64,000 bases of DNA. It comes from Oculina patagonica (Eukaryota). Every line of letters begins with the position of its first letter. The first letter of the stretch is position 1. The stretch is taken from the NCBI RefSeq assembly GCF_052425735.1, contig NC_135759.1:31930001-31994000 (forward strand), given 5' to 3'. Of this stretch, positions 12,056 through 23,185 are shown piece after piece. Made by a program: the position numbers and the translations under genes. The notes under the pieces were generated by a model. The model worked only from the letters and a program-made list of their open reading frames with translations, ran no database searches and was not told the origin of the DNA.

Positions 12056-12372
12056 CCATAAAATCTGGTTATAAGCCCCCCCCCCCGGTTATAGGCTCAT
12101 CTACTTGGAAACAAAAAAATAAGAACCCCCCCCCCCCCCGCCTCTGAATAAGCCCCCCTCTGCTGGATGACAGTACTGAACAGGGCTAAATGCTGCATTA
12201 ATATGACTTTTTAACTTAAGAATGTATTTCGCTCAACGCTACGTGGCTCGTTTTGAAACGTTTCTCTTAATCTGCTTATACTTAAGCCCCCCCCCGGATT
12301 TAAGCGCCTCCGTTAAAAATCCTACCCAAAACCCTTAACAAAGTTGTTGGGCTAATAAACAGAATTTTATGG
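12056..12372. mobile_element. MITE with TA TSD
   Basis: TA|CCATAAAATCTGGTTAT ... ATAAACAGAATTTTATGG|TA; internal TAAGCCCCC repeats. Confidence 0.7.
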
Positions 12373-14035
12373 TACGACTTAGATCATCGCTAGCAATTTC
12401 TGGACCGTAGCTAGCAACGTGACTGAGGCACAAGCATGCAATTTTAAATAGTTAATTTTTCCATGTTCCTTTTAGAGGCTAATGCATTAATAGTAGGTTA
12501 ATTTAAAAAAAGTGTTTCTTTTTCTGATATTGTCTAAGAGGGTAGCAAAGGGTTTATGCGCGACAAGTGAAAAGAGCAAAAATTAGTCTGTGACGCGTGA
12601 AAATAGGGCAACAATTATGCTGTGACGCGTGAAAATAGCTGGAAAAGACGTGATTCTTGAATTCTGCTGTTTGACGTATTCTTGGTTTTCACATGACGTC
12701 ATCAAAATTCTAAAGGCTATCACGTATGCTTAAAAAAATGCCCCATCCTGTTATTGTTAACAATCTAAACAGTTGAGGTTTTACAAGAAGTGTTTTTGTG
12801 AATGTTTACGTGTTCAACCGCTTTTTATAGCAGAAGTAAATGCCAGATGTTGTCATTGATTTCCGGCGGACATGTTGGAGCCCCTTAACTTCACACGGAC
12901 TCCAACATGGCGTTTCCATACTGCGCTCTCTAATTCTGTGTCGAACATTTTGACGAATAACCCAAGTACGGAATACCGTACAGACCTGACACTTGGTCAC
13001 CTTGACTGTCTAGTAATTTTCTATAACCTGTAATATTCTTAATTTTTTGGACTCAATAGCTTTGAATTTGGATTTATGGCTGCGGGCCTGTATTTAGCAC
13101 TCGTAGGTTTATTGTCTATTTGAAAAACATACCTCACAGCCTATCAAATGAACTACATAACTTTGTATGTTACAATTCTTACAATCGAAGATCGAAGAAA
13201 AATCAAAAAAATAATTTAGTACTAAATACCAGGTATATTTTATTAAGCTTTTAGAAAAAGAAAAAAATGTTAGTCCCCAGTGTGGGGGAACTCCCTATCA
13301 TGGCCTTTACAAGGAGGCTCCGCTTGAAAAAGGTACCTTTCTTCAGGCTTCAGGTATATAAAACTTCACGTGTTTAGGTATTAGTGGACTCGTCATGTAG
13401 GTTTATGAAAGGGGACAACCTCTTTCGAGAAAAGGTATAGGAAAGAGGAACCTTTTCTGTCAAAATGGTATATAAAATTGTAAGCCGGATTGGACCTTGA
13501 GCCTCCTGGTATAAAACGTTTTTGAGTACTCCCCCACGCCCACACCCTGAAAACTAAATGATATGAACTGAAGAACACAATACATGTACAACTATAAGAT
13601 AGGCATCTAAAATTAGCTGGATGTAGCAAATTAAATGGCTGTTTGCATAATGGATAATGAAAGGCTTTGTTAATCCATCCATCCAACAGACGGGGATATT
13701 AAAAGATTTCTAATACTCTACTAAGACTGTATGTGGAATCATTTTAAGAAGGCAATATACAAATAAGCAATTGCACACTTGATTCACTTAACTGCGAGAG
13801 AGCCGCTTTTCGCAAGGAATGTTAACCTGTAATTATGGGAACAAATCTGATTTGGGTATGTTTTGGGTGGGTATGTGCTTTCCGGCTCTCCAAAATAGGA
13901 CCCCGTTTAATACCGCTTTTCGCTCCAGCCGGAGCATAGGGCTTTCACTACCGCCTTCCATCGAACACGATTTTTTGCTTTCCGTTTCAATTGTTCCCAC
14001 GGCATCCGCAATTCCTCATATTCTTGCTGGATTGT

Positions 14036-14545
14036 AGGTCTGTCCCGATTGTACTCGTTAAAGGCTGGAAAGTTGCTCACTGGAATTCCAAAAAGTTGCT
14101 ACCTTAATTTCAAACATTGCTACCTAAATTTTGTGATATTTTTATGTAAACGTTAATTAAAGCTCTATTTTTTGTTCTTCATAATAATTGCTAACATCGG
14201 TCAAGGAAAATAGCTTGAAACGTAGCTTTAAAGAGTTGTTCGGAAATATGGGCGAAATTTAAGGATACTCTTAGGTCTAACGAATGGGGAAAACGCTGTC
14301 AAGTGACAGGTTATGTGTTTAAAAGGTTGATATTTTAAACATTCAAGAAGTTCGCATAACTTTACGTTTTCTATGAAATCGTTGACTTTTTGAGCTTGAT
14401 GTGTGCTCTAAACACCGATATATTTGGCTCAAAATTTGCTCAGCAAGGCAAAACTTGTTCGAGGATGCTAGAATCGCAAAAAGTTGCTCCAAACGCCAAA
14501 AGTTGCTCAAAAGTTACCGAGCACAATCGGGACGGATCCCCCTCC
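14036..14545. mobile_element. MITE nested within another repeat
   Basis: Inverted ends GGTCTGTCCCGATTGTACTCG / CGAGCACAATCGGGACGGATCC; subterminal AAAGTTGCT repeats. Confidence 0.65.
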
Positions 14546-16011
14546 AACGTTTCTTTCTTCGGTCTGCGCTTCCTCCTGACCCCTTGAGGGTTCCACTCAA
14601 GGTACAGGCGGGTGGTGTTACTAGAAGGCCATAAAAAAGGCATCTAGTAATAGGCCAACTTTGAATACTCCGTTCCAGAAATTTCAGTAGTAAATTTCAA
14701 TAGTCCGTTTCAACATAACGTATTCGCCGAAGTGGAGGTGAATAGTACTTATTAGCTAATCAGACACCTCCGAGTTAACCAATCAGCGCGCGCGAAAAGC
14801 ACTATTCACTTGTGTGGTATATACTAATTTCAAAATGGCTGCTGATAATTTGAAACCAGTTTCGAATCCTCGAAATATATTACCCCGTTCTAGAAAATGG
14901 ATACCCCACTGTAGATCAGGAGTCTAAAAAATCACGCCCCGTTGGGTGATACATACCTGTATAGGTATTTTAGGGGAGTACTCACTCCCACTGTGTAAAA
15001 ATATAAGAGTTTGTATGGGTTTTAAACGGGGAACGTTTGAGCAATTAATAAAAGCGAAATTGGCGAAACAAAACATGATGTTGTTTGCTATCGATGCAAC
15101 GCGTATGCAAGCAATTTGGAGCTATTATACGTCTGTTTACTATACCATGTATAATATTAGTAGAATTCCAACTGTTCGAGAATAGTTTAAATTAGCGGCG
15201 AACGGACTGCATTATTCGTTTCAAACTTGAACATCCAACCCTCAGCCCGAGTGTGACCTCATTTGAAATGTCGATTCTTGATTGGATTATTTGGGGCATG
15301 TTCACGAGCAAAGTTTGGCGCCTTTCGGCATTATACGATACGATATTGATACGATATTTTGTCTTTTTTCTCGATCGATATTACGACATCATTTCCGTCC
15401 TGACGTCATTGGTATGTCACGTGATTTGACGGACTAACGGCAAAAGACAGTCCTGGCATTATAAATGTTAGCCATGAATGTTGATTTTTCTTTGAGGAAG
15501 TCCGCTCTCGAACACACAAGAATTCGGGTAGAATTGGTTAACACGATCAGGAAGTATGCCGTGGAAATTCAAGAGGGGATGACTGCTTCAAATTCGTGCT
15601 CTGTCACTCAAAGATTTATCTACTTCCACAGTTAGCAACAGTCGATACTTCAAATAACTAATGATGTCACACTCGGGCTACGGTAGGATGATTACAATAT
15701 TCAAATTTTGAATATTGTAATCATCCTACCGTAGCCGCGTGGAAATCAAATTTAAAAGTTCAAAAGGAATAATACAGTCCGTTCGCTGTTAATATGCTGA
15801 CTATTCTTAAATACTAGGCGGAACGCACTGGGTAGCTGGACTGTAAACGCACCAAAGAAATATAACATGTCAGCCAACACGTTGGTAGCATGACAGCCGA
15901 CACGGTAACGTGTCGGTGGTCGAATACTTACTTAACCCGCTTTAACTTCCTTCATAGTTGCGAAGCTTTTGATCAACTTGCTGTTGTGTGCAGTACTGTT
16001 GTTTTGTATTC

Positions 16012-16527
16012 ATGGAGCGAAACGTGGATATAATTAGAAACTTAAATTCAAGACTGGAAGCAAACATAAGAGACATTGGTTCCACTGTACAGAACGAAAC
16101 TCGGCGTAACCAACGAGAAATTCGTCGAATGCAACAAGTGATAGACGGACATGTTCAACGCGATAATGGGAACGTAGAGGAAAGAGAGCAGCTTCAACGA
16201 CATCGCAGTAAGGGACTTGACAATGCCTGTGGCATTGCCATCGTATTGTTTTTTGCGGGGATTGTGATGCAAGTCGTGTTGGTTTTTGTGAAGATTAAGC
16301 CAACCCTAAAAGACACCCAGCTAAAGACTGCTCAGTGTAGAGTCATCTCCAGTGATATAACAGATGAGCGTGTAAGTTGTGATTGTAGTGACAGTAGTTT
16401 GAGTGGCGGAAACCGTGATTGCACTTCATCTTATCCCTGTCTCGAGATTCAAGTTACTTATGTCATCGATGGTGAGAAACACACAGCTTATCTGTATAAA
16501 GACACTTCCTCTGTAAACAAAAAAAAG
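16012..16527 (+). CDS. BK channel beta-subunit-like copy 2, coding exon 1
   Basis: Close paralog of 9427-9921; ATG 16012, TM1, SYPCLEIQVTY, donor AAG|GTGAGG at 16527/16528. Confidence 0.8.
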
Positions 16528-16932
16528 GTGAGGTATTTACAGTTTTGATTTGTGAGTTTGGCAATTTGACATGCCCTCCTCCCTGCATGTGCAACAGTGC
16601 AAGTGTTTTCTTAGCCAATCAGATTGTGAGATTGCCTTATAGTCAGTCACAAGGTTATGCTAATCTCTGATATATTATCTACAAGCCAGGAAGGGGTTTA
16701 TTGATTTTTCTGATTTTTTTTTTCTCAAGAACTGAAAGGCTTTATCCGTCTTGTATTATCCACCTTATAGTGAGGATAAATACATATTGACAGCATTACT
16801 TTAATTATATTTCAACTTAGTTTGAAGGTTGATCATCAGCCTTCACTATGTTGTTAACCTTGCATGCTATCGGTGAAAATGGAAAAAAGTCTTTTCTGTT
16901 TTGACAACTTGTGAGTTTTTTAATCTTTGCAG

Positions 16933-17220
16933 TGCAGTACTGACCGCTGTAATTCAAAGAAGGCAAAGAATGATAAGTATGTTGAAGATTTCGATCTTCG
17001 TTATGGCCTAATTGGTGATGAGTTCACCTGCCACTACGATCCTGAACATCTTGATGAGGTGTTCACAACCAAACCTTCTGCAGGAGATGTTAAGATGACA
17101 TTGGTGCACAGCATTTTGTGGCCGTCGCTTGTCATTTTGTTTTGTGTCGGCATCTTTACAATGTATTGTGGGGCCGAAGGTTACGGCTGCTGTAAGAAGA
17201 AGAACAGCTCAGCTGTCTGA
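16933..17220 (+). CDS. BK channel beta-subunit-like copy 2, coding exon 2 (267 aa in total)
   Basis: Acceptor TCTTTGCAG|TGC; FTCHYDP, HSILWPS + TM2; TGA at 17218-17220. Confidence 0.8.
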   Translation, partial: CSTDRCNSKKAKNDKYVEDFDLRYGLIGDEFTCHYDPEHLDEVFTTKPSAGDVKMTLVHSILWPSLVILFCVGIFTMYCGAEGYGCCKKKNSSAV

Positions 17221-17241
17221 ATCCCATAACAAGACCTTAAC

Positions 17242-17426
17242 AGGCCATTTCCAAGTTAACCTTTGCCTCTGTATCAAAAAGAGGTCTGCGTGCGAAACCA
17301 TTCAAATGAAAATGAGTTTGATTTGCATAAAAATGGACCTGAAGGTGAAACTCATTTTCATATTAATGGTTTCGCATGTAGAAAACATAGGACACTGAGG
17401 CAAAGGATAACTCAGAAATGGCCTAC
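17242..17426. mobile_element. Short MITE
   Basis: AGGCCATTTCCAAGTT ... AACTCAGAAATGGCCT inverted ends; absent from the 3' flank of copy 1. Confidence 0.6.
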
Positions 17427-17470
17427 TGGGCCAATCACTTAATCCTGTGTCATTGAACATGATATCAGAT

Positions 17471-17782
17471 CATTCTCGTCCCCATAGCCCTTTCGTTTCT
17501 CTTAGCCGGCTGGGCCTTGGCACGAGGAAACAAAGGGCTCTGGGGACACAGGATTTCCAGTCCTAGATTTTAGGACTTCCGGTCTTCATGTATGCAGTCA
17601 CGACGTTTCAAAAGAATGTATGAGAGAGTCGTTACGTTTTCGACTTCCGTTTAGGAATTCTTTGTTCCAAACAGCCAATCAAAAAACTTCGAATTAATTC
17701 AAAAATCCTATGTCCCCAGAGCCCTCCGTTTTCTCGTGCCAAGCCGGCTAAGAGAAACGAAAGGGCTATGGGGACGAGAGTG
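17471..17782. mobile_element. Long-TIR MITE with 10-bp TSD (Mutator-like)
   Basis: ~100-bp inverted ends CATTCTCGTCCCCATAGCCC / GGGCTATGGGGACGAGAGTG, flanked by direct repeat GATATCAGAT (17461-17470, 17783-17792); degenerate relative at ~9988-10070. Confidence 0.85.
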
Positions 17783-18023
17783 GATATCAGATACCCTAAA
17801 ATTCCTGACTCGTCCCCAGTCGTCTTAATGCTCTACCACTGAGCTATCAAAGCCACATGAGAGCGGTCGTATATGGGTAATCCCTTTACTAGTGGTGGAC
17901 ATGATACTCGGCCCAAGTATATGTGAAATAAATGAATGTGTGTCCAGCAGTAGCAGTGTGAAATATATATATGATAAATGCAAATGCGGCCTTACACTAC
18001 TGAAGACCTGAAAAAAATTTTCA

Positions 18024-18095
18024 GGCTCTGAACGGGAGTCGAACCCACGACCTTTGCGTTGCCAGTGCAATGCTCTACCACTGAGCTATCAAAGC
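18024..18095 (-). tRNA. tRNA-like sequence, anticodon GGC (Ala-like; probably a tRNA-derived repeat/pseudo-tRNA)
   Basis: 72-nt cloverleaf GCTTTGA-TA-GCTC..GAGC-A-TTGCA CTGGCAA CGCAA-AGGTC-GTGGG TTCGACT CCCGT-TCAGAGC-C; A and B boxes intact; T7 run downstream; A31-C39 mismatch, no G3:U70. Confidence 0.55.
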
Positions 18096-18266
18096 CACAT
18101 GAGAGCGGTCGTATATGGGTAATCCCTTTACTAGTGGTGGACATGATACTCGGCCCAAGTATATGTGAAATAAATGAATGTGTGTCCAGCAGTAGCAGTG
18201 TGAAATATATATATGATAAATGCAAATGCGGCCTTACACTACTGAAGACCTGAAAAAAATTTTTCA

Positions 18267-18337
18267 GGCTCTGAGCGGGAGCGAACCCACGACCTTTGCG
18301 TTGCCAGTGCAATGCTCTACCACTGAGCTATCAAAGC
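18267..18337 (-). pseudogene. tRNA-like (GGC) copy with 1-nt T-loop deletion
   Basis: Same sequence as 18024-18095 but GGTTCG-CTCC. Confidence 0.55.
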
Positions 18338-18706
18338 CACATGAGAGCGGTCGTCTTACACTACTGAAGACCTGTGGGTCTTCGACTCCCGCTCAGAGCC
18401 TGAAAAATTTTTTAGGTCTTCAGTAGTGTAAGCCGATCATAATATAATATAATCATGCTGGAAATATTTGGGCATCCACAATGGACCCCGTTGAAGCGGA
18501 GCCACTGAAGTGTGGGTTCGACTCCCGCTCAGAGCCTGAAAAATTTTTTTCAGGTCTTCAGTAGTGTAAGGCCGCATTTGCATTTATCATATATATATTT
18601 CACACTGCTACTGCTGGACACACATTCATTTATTTCACATATACTTGGGCCGAGTATATGTCCACCACTAGTAAAGGGATTACCCATATACGACCGCTCT
18701 CATGTG

Positions 18707-18778
18707 GCTTTGATAGCTCAGTGGTAGAGCATTGCACTGGCAACGCAAAGGTCGTGGGTTTGACTCCCTCTCAGAGCC
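18707..18778 (+). pseudogene. tRNA-like (GGC) copy, inverted, B-box mutated
   Basis: GGTTTGACTCCCTC instead of GGTTCGACTCCCGT. Confidence 0.55.
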
Positions 18779-18937
18779 TGAAAAATTTTTTTCAGGTCTT
18801 CAGTAGTGTAAGGCCGCATTTGCATTTATCATATATATACAACAGAAGTGTATTTACGTTTACAGTTGTTTTGTGTACTTCACCCTTTCAGTGCTACCAT
18901 GGCATCATTATTCAGCCCAAAAAGGACGCAATGATAA

Positions 18938-19054
18938 GTGCGGTGCGGTGCGGTGCGGTGCGGTGCGGTGCGGTGCGGTGCGGTGCGGTGCGGTGCGGTG
19001 CGGTGCGGTGCGGTGCGGTGCGGTGCGGTGCGGCGCGGCGCGGCGCGGTGCGGT
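18938..19054. repeat. (GCGGT)n pentanucleotide microsatellite
   Basis: >20 units, grading into GCGGC and GTCAG variants. Confidence 0.95.
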
Positions 19055-19968
19055 CAGGTCATGTCAGGTCAGGTAAGGGTTAGGTGGGGTGAGAAGACAA
19101 CACAATACAAGAGCAGAGAAGATACATGTTTATGGTGTAAATACGCTTCAACGCTTCGTTAGGCGTCTACCTTCTTAGTTTTAAGACAGCAAAACCTTCC
19201 AATTATTATTTCTTTAGAAAAAAATAATTAGATCTCTCCTTGTGTGGGAATAACCTGATTTTCACCTTTAAAGTACTTGAAGTTGATATTTTTTTCTATT
19301 TTAATTATTACCCGCTTTTAATAATAATAATAATGATAATTATGACTTTAGTTAACTGTGTCAATTACATCAAGCAGTAATACAGACAATAACCAGTTAA
19401 ACTCAAAAGAGGCAATCTTTTCACTTCGCTAGGCCTCTGTCTTCTTAGATTTTTGTCGCAGCAAGAGAAAAATAGATAATACTTCCCCCAATTATGATTT
19501 ATTTTATTAGTAAAAAAAGAATATGGTGGACCAACCTTATGGCGTGTTCCTTGTGTAAAGATTCGTCTGATAAAAAAACGCTGATTTAACCCTACCTTTT
19601 CACCGTTGGTGATGATTGACTTGTAGGATAAAAATCTGTGTTTTTATTGGTCCTTTTGGGAATAACCTGATACGACCTTTGATAATGTTCTAAATGCTTA
19701 AATATGACAAAGAGCTATCATGGAATACGAAACAGTCGAATTACCCGCAACTGTCAGTAGAGAAGTGACTTACACTTTGACGCGCTTTACCATGGCCACC
19801 AAACAAACTTTTGTACAAGTAAGCCAATAAGGTTGCACGGTTATGATTGACGGCCACGCCTCCTTAGTCGCAAATTTTTAAAAATATTTTACGCACAAAC
19901 GGGGATCGTTTAACAGAAAAGACGGAAAGTTCACCTTCGATCTACTAATATAGTACATGATTTACTTT

Positions 19969-20985
19969 TTAAACGTATCCGTAGTTGCGGAAATAGTTGT
20001 AAGCAGTTAGCTGCTGAAATTTACAAAACACCCTCGGGTTTAGCAATTTTGGTCTCTTCCATCGATGACGTTGCCATCTCCGAAAAAAATTCCTTTATTT
20101 GATGAAAACAGTTTTCGCATGTATTGAGATGTGGAAAGTATGGTGGCTGGTTAATAAGCTGAACGCCATAGTCATTCAAAAGACCTCTGAGAACTGGCTC
20201 AACAAAGAGGCCACGATGAAAGCCACAATTGTCCATAATGACGCAATCATCGCGTTCAAAAACAACGCCTCCGTCCGGTCGTTGTATTTCGACAGCGTCT
20301 ATAAAATAGTTTAGCAATTCAAATCCATTCGACGGGCCGTCAATTATATTAAAATAGTCTACTTCAAGGACAGAGTGGAGCAAGTTGATGGTGAAATTGG
20401 CGTTTGAAGCGTTAACTCGATTGCCTTCTCGCCAACTGTGGCGTTTCCGTAGGTACGATTTCCAGGATTTTTTATCACACTTTCCACATCAAAGAAATGA
20501 ATTTGGTTTGGTTGAAAAGTAGATATGGCATTGAGATACTCATTTTGGCGGGCGATATTTTCAGGAGTATCGTTTTCTAACGGTGCAACTGCAAGCTTCA
20601 TGATCAGTCACGTCTTAATCTTTTATTTATTTTAGAGGCGCTCGGCAAGTTTACGGCGTCTACAACTTCGTACTAACAAGAGTCTTTCCTGGATTTCAGA
20701 AGCAGGACTTCTTGGTTCCATAATTTTCTCGATAGACATAAATTCAAGGACTTCGGTAGTAACTTTCGGCACCAAAAAACTAGTGCGGGAAATTCGCGTT
20801 GAAATGTCTTTATCGTCGTATTGTTGAAGGACTTTTTGGACGTAGCCCCGGCTAATTCGAAGCTCTGTTGCGATCTGACGTCGGCTTGTACCTGAATGTG
20901 CTGAGTCTTATACTCTCTCCCTTGTAACGTCAGGATACGCTAGACATTCCAACGTTTATCTAAGCTTGGAACTTTGGCCTTATGG
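19969..20985 (-). mobile_element. Decayed IS630/Tc1/mariner-superfamily transposase
   Basis: Frameshifted ORF pieces: HTH-like N-terminus (RRQIATELRISRGYVQKVL), IHFFD, CVIMDNCGFH and QPPYFPHLNTCENCFHQIK catalytic motifs; TIRs not located. Confidence 0.8.
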
Positions 20986-21536
20986 TAGGAGCGCCTGCTT
21001 GAGAGAGTTGACCAGCGTACATGTCCAATTGACTTGGAGGAGCATGCGCAACACGCGTGATTATCCGAGCTTCGTTCCCAGGGAGGCGGGGAGAGAGAGA
21101 GGCGCTGTAGTCTATCCTGGTCTTGTTTTGCCTTATTAACTTGTAATTTTGGCGGCACGTTAATTTAGCGATTTTGAAAAAATCGTATTAAGCGACACTT
21201 AAATTTTGGAACATAAGTCACATAATTTTCCAAAACTTCATGAAAATCCGTATTTAGCGACATTTTAATTTAGCGATCTTTTGAAAAACCGCTAAATTTG
21301 CTTAGTGTCGCCAAAATTTCCAGACATGTCCGGGATTGAACGCTAATGAGATGCACGTTCCTCATGACAGGCATCACAAAGTGTCCTCATTAATAAAAGT
21401 TCACCAAAACACACCAAAATCTGTCAAATATGAAGTAATATGGAAATGTCAAACACACAGTCAAACATGAAGTACTCATAAAACAATACTTGCGTTCAAT
21501 CCTGGACATAAGTGAAAATTTCATGTAATAAGGTAG

Positions 21537-21926
21537 TACACTGCTCCATGTGATATCACAATAATCAAATAAGGGAAGAATTATTGTATTATAAACAAGT
21601 GTTGATGCCTCTTCTGTCACAAAACCTCTAACGTGTCCCAGAATACTAACTCTAATAGCTTCCTTTTTACATACAAAGTCGGCGTGAGCCTTCCGGCCAA
21701 GTCATTAAGTTTTCAAACACTACGCCTAGGAACTTAAAAGTAGTACGCAAGATATCTGTACCCTTCCCGAGAAGATTCAGGCTTAAGCAACTATCGCGCT
21801 CTTTGTGCCTTTGAGATGTAAATAACAAGCATTTAGTTTTTGAAACATTCAGAGCCTGGACATTGGCCTCTAGCCACTCAGATAAGCACTTAAGGTCTTG
21901 GTTCGTGAAATCCCTACCATTCTATA
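21537..21926 (-). mobile_element. LINE (CR1/L2-like) reverse-transcriptase ORF fragment
   Basis: Minus-strand peptides NQDLKCLSEWLEANVQALNVSKTKCLLF and TLVYNTIILPLFDYCDITW, typical of the region after the RT core in CR1-group LINEs; cut by MITE insertions. Confidence 0.7.
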
Positions 21927-21928
21927 TA

Positions 21929-22270
21929 CCTTATTACATGAATTTCGCGACCGTTTTCGATTTGCGATTGTATTCTCTTTCGCGTTTGAGTAGACACTTG
22001 ACTTTCCAGATATTACAACCCGTTATACGACTCAAAGGGAACAACACGTCATCACGAAGAGCGGATCATCGCAAGAACAACAGAGAGTCTCACAATGTCA
22101 AAGTAGGTTGTGTACTGATGAGTGATCTGAGTATGACACATCCATACACTGAAAATCCTTCCTCAGGGACTCTTGTGAATAAGTGAGTCACTTAATGTAT
22201 GTTCGCGACACTATGTCGCGTCACTTCGCGATTTAGAACGCGAATGGCGCGAAAATTTCATGTAATAAGG
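21929..22270. mobile_element. MITE with TA TSD inserted into the LINE fragment (related end at ~21515-21536)
   Basis: TA|CCTTATTACATGAATTTCGCG ... CGCGAAAATTTCATGTAATAAGG|TA. Confidence 0.8.
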
Positions 22271-22519
22271 TACCTTGAGCATGTAAAAGATATTCTTTTA
22301 GGGCAGAGCTTCCCGTATATAGCATCCGTTATAGGGAGAAGCCTCATTCCTCCTGGGGGGAGGAGACGTCTAGAGCTGACTGGGAATGTTTGGAGGCAAA
22401 GATGAAGAACAAAAGTGACACGAAAGCACTGGTTATTGTAGCTTTCCAATGAAGACGAAGCTTTGTAGTTTTCCGGGAAAACTTTGTGACGATTGCTTGA
22501 TATTCTTCATCCGCAGTTC

Positions 22520-22753
22520 AAATATACGACTTCATATGTTCATTATTTCATCTTTACCTTTCCCGGGTATATTACGAAGCAATTTAATGACCAGCTCCCA
22601 AAATGGCTTGTTAGCTCAATTGGTTAGAGCGCTGCACCGGTATCGCAGAGGTCAGGGTTCGAGTCCCGGGCAAGTCTGAATTTTTCAGGTTAATTTTCGC
22701 AGCTGCTTAAGTTGTGTTCATAACTGCGAGGATCTTCTCTTCATTTGTATTTC
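22520..22753 (+). mobile_element. tRNA-derived SINE-like repeat (tRNA-like core 22605-22677, anticodon GGT)
   Basis: A box TAGCTCAATTGG, B box GGTTCGAGTCC, followed by CTGAATTTTTCAGG hairpin/T-run as in the 17.8-18.8 kb units. Confidence 0.7.
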
Positions 22754-23185
22754 TGTTGTGTTAGAGATCATATGTGTAACTCGTAGTCATCTCAACAAAA
22801 ATAGACAGATCCGAACCCTCTCGCCCTTCAATTACCTTTGACGATCCAAAACCCATGTTATTGAGCAATAATTTAAACTCTAGCCGTAACGACATATGTG
22901 ATTTCTTTAACATAGGACGCTAAATTAGTTTATAATAATATATACTACCATACCAAACCTGATTGTAAATAGAAAATACCATATTAGTTAGGCTCGGGGG
23001 CTCTTGTATAAAAGCCCGAAAGGGTTTCCTTATCCCCCAGCATATTGATGTAAATTGATGAATGAGTTATATACAATAAAGTGTTCCTCTTGTTGTTCCT
23101 CTTGTTGTTCATTGAGTAGGATTCATAACAGTTTTTATTTAAAATAAATTTATAATCGTTTAAATGAAGACCTTCCGCTAAAACG

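Larger units (their letters stand above)
17827..18839. repeat. Tandem plus inverted array of ~243-bp units, each containing a tRNA-like gene
   Basis: Minus-strand units repeat at 17827, 18070, 18312; 18512-18839 is the near-perfect reverse complement of ~17964-18290. Confidence 0.9.

Noticed and set aside
17825-18727. Repeated ORFs (MHWQRKGRGF..., RPHLHLSYIYF...) and CRISPR-like appearance
   Set aside because: Artefacts of the tRNA-like tandem repeat; units are identical throughout with no unique spacers and no cas genes.
18658-19162. ORFs with CGAVR repeats
   Set aside because: Translation of the (GCGGT)n microsatellite.
22116-22160. CTGATGA...GAAA hammerhead-like core
   Set aside because: Stem II register is wrong and no stem I/III; lies inside a MITE.
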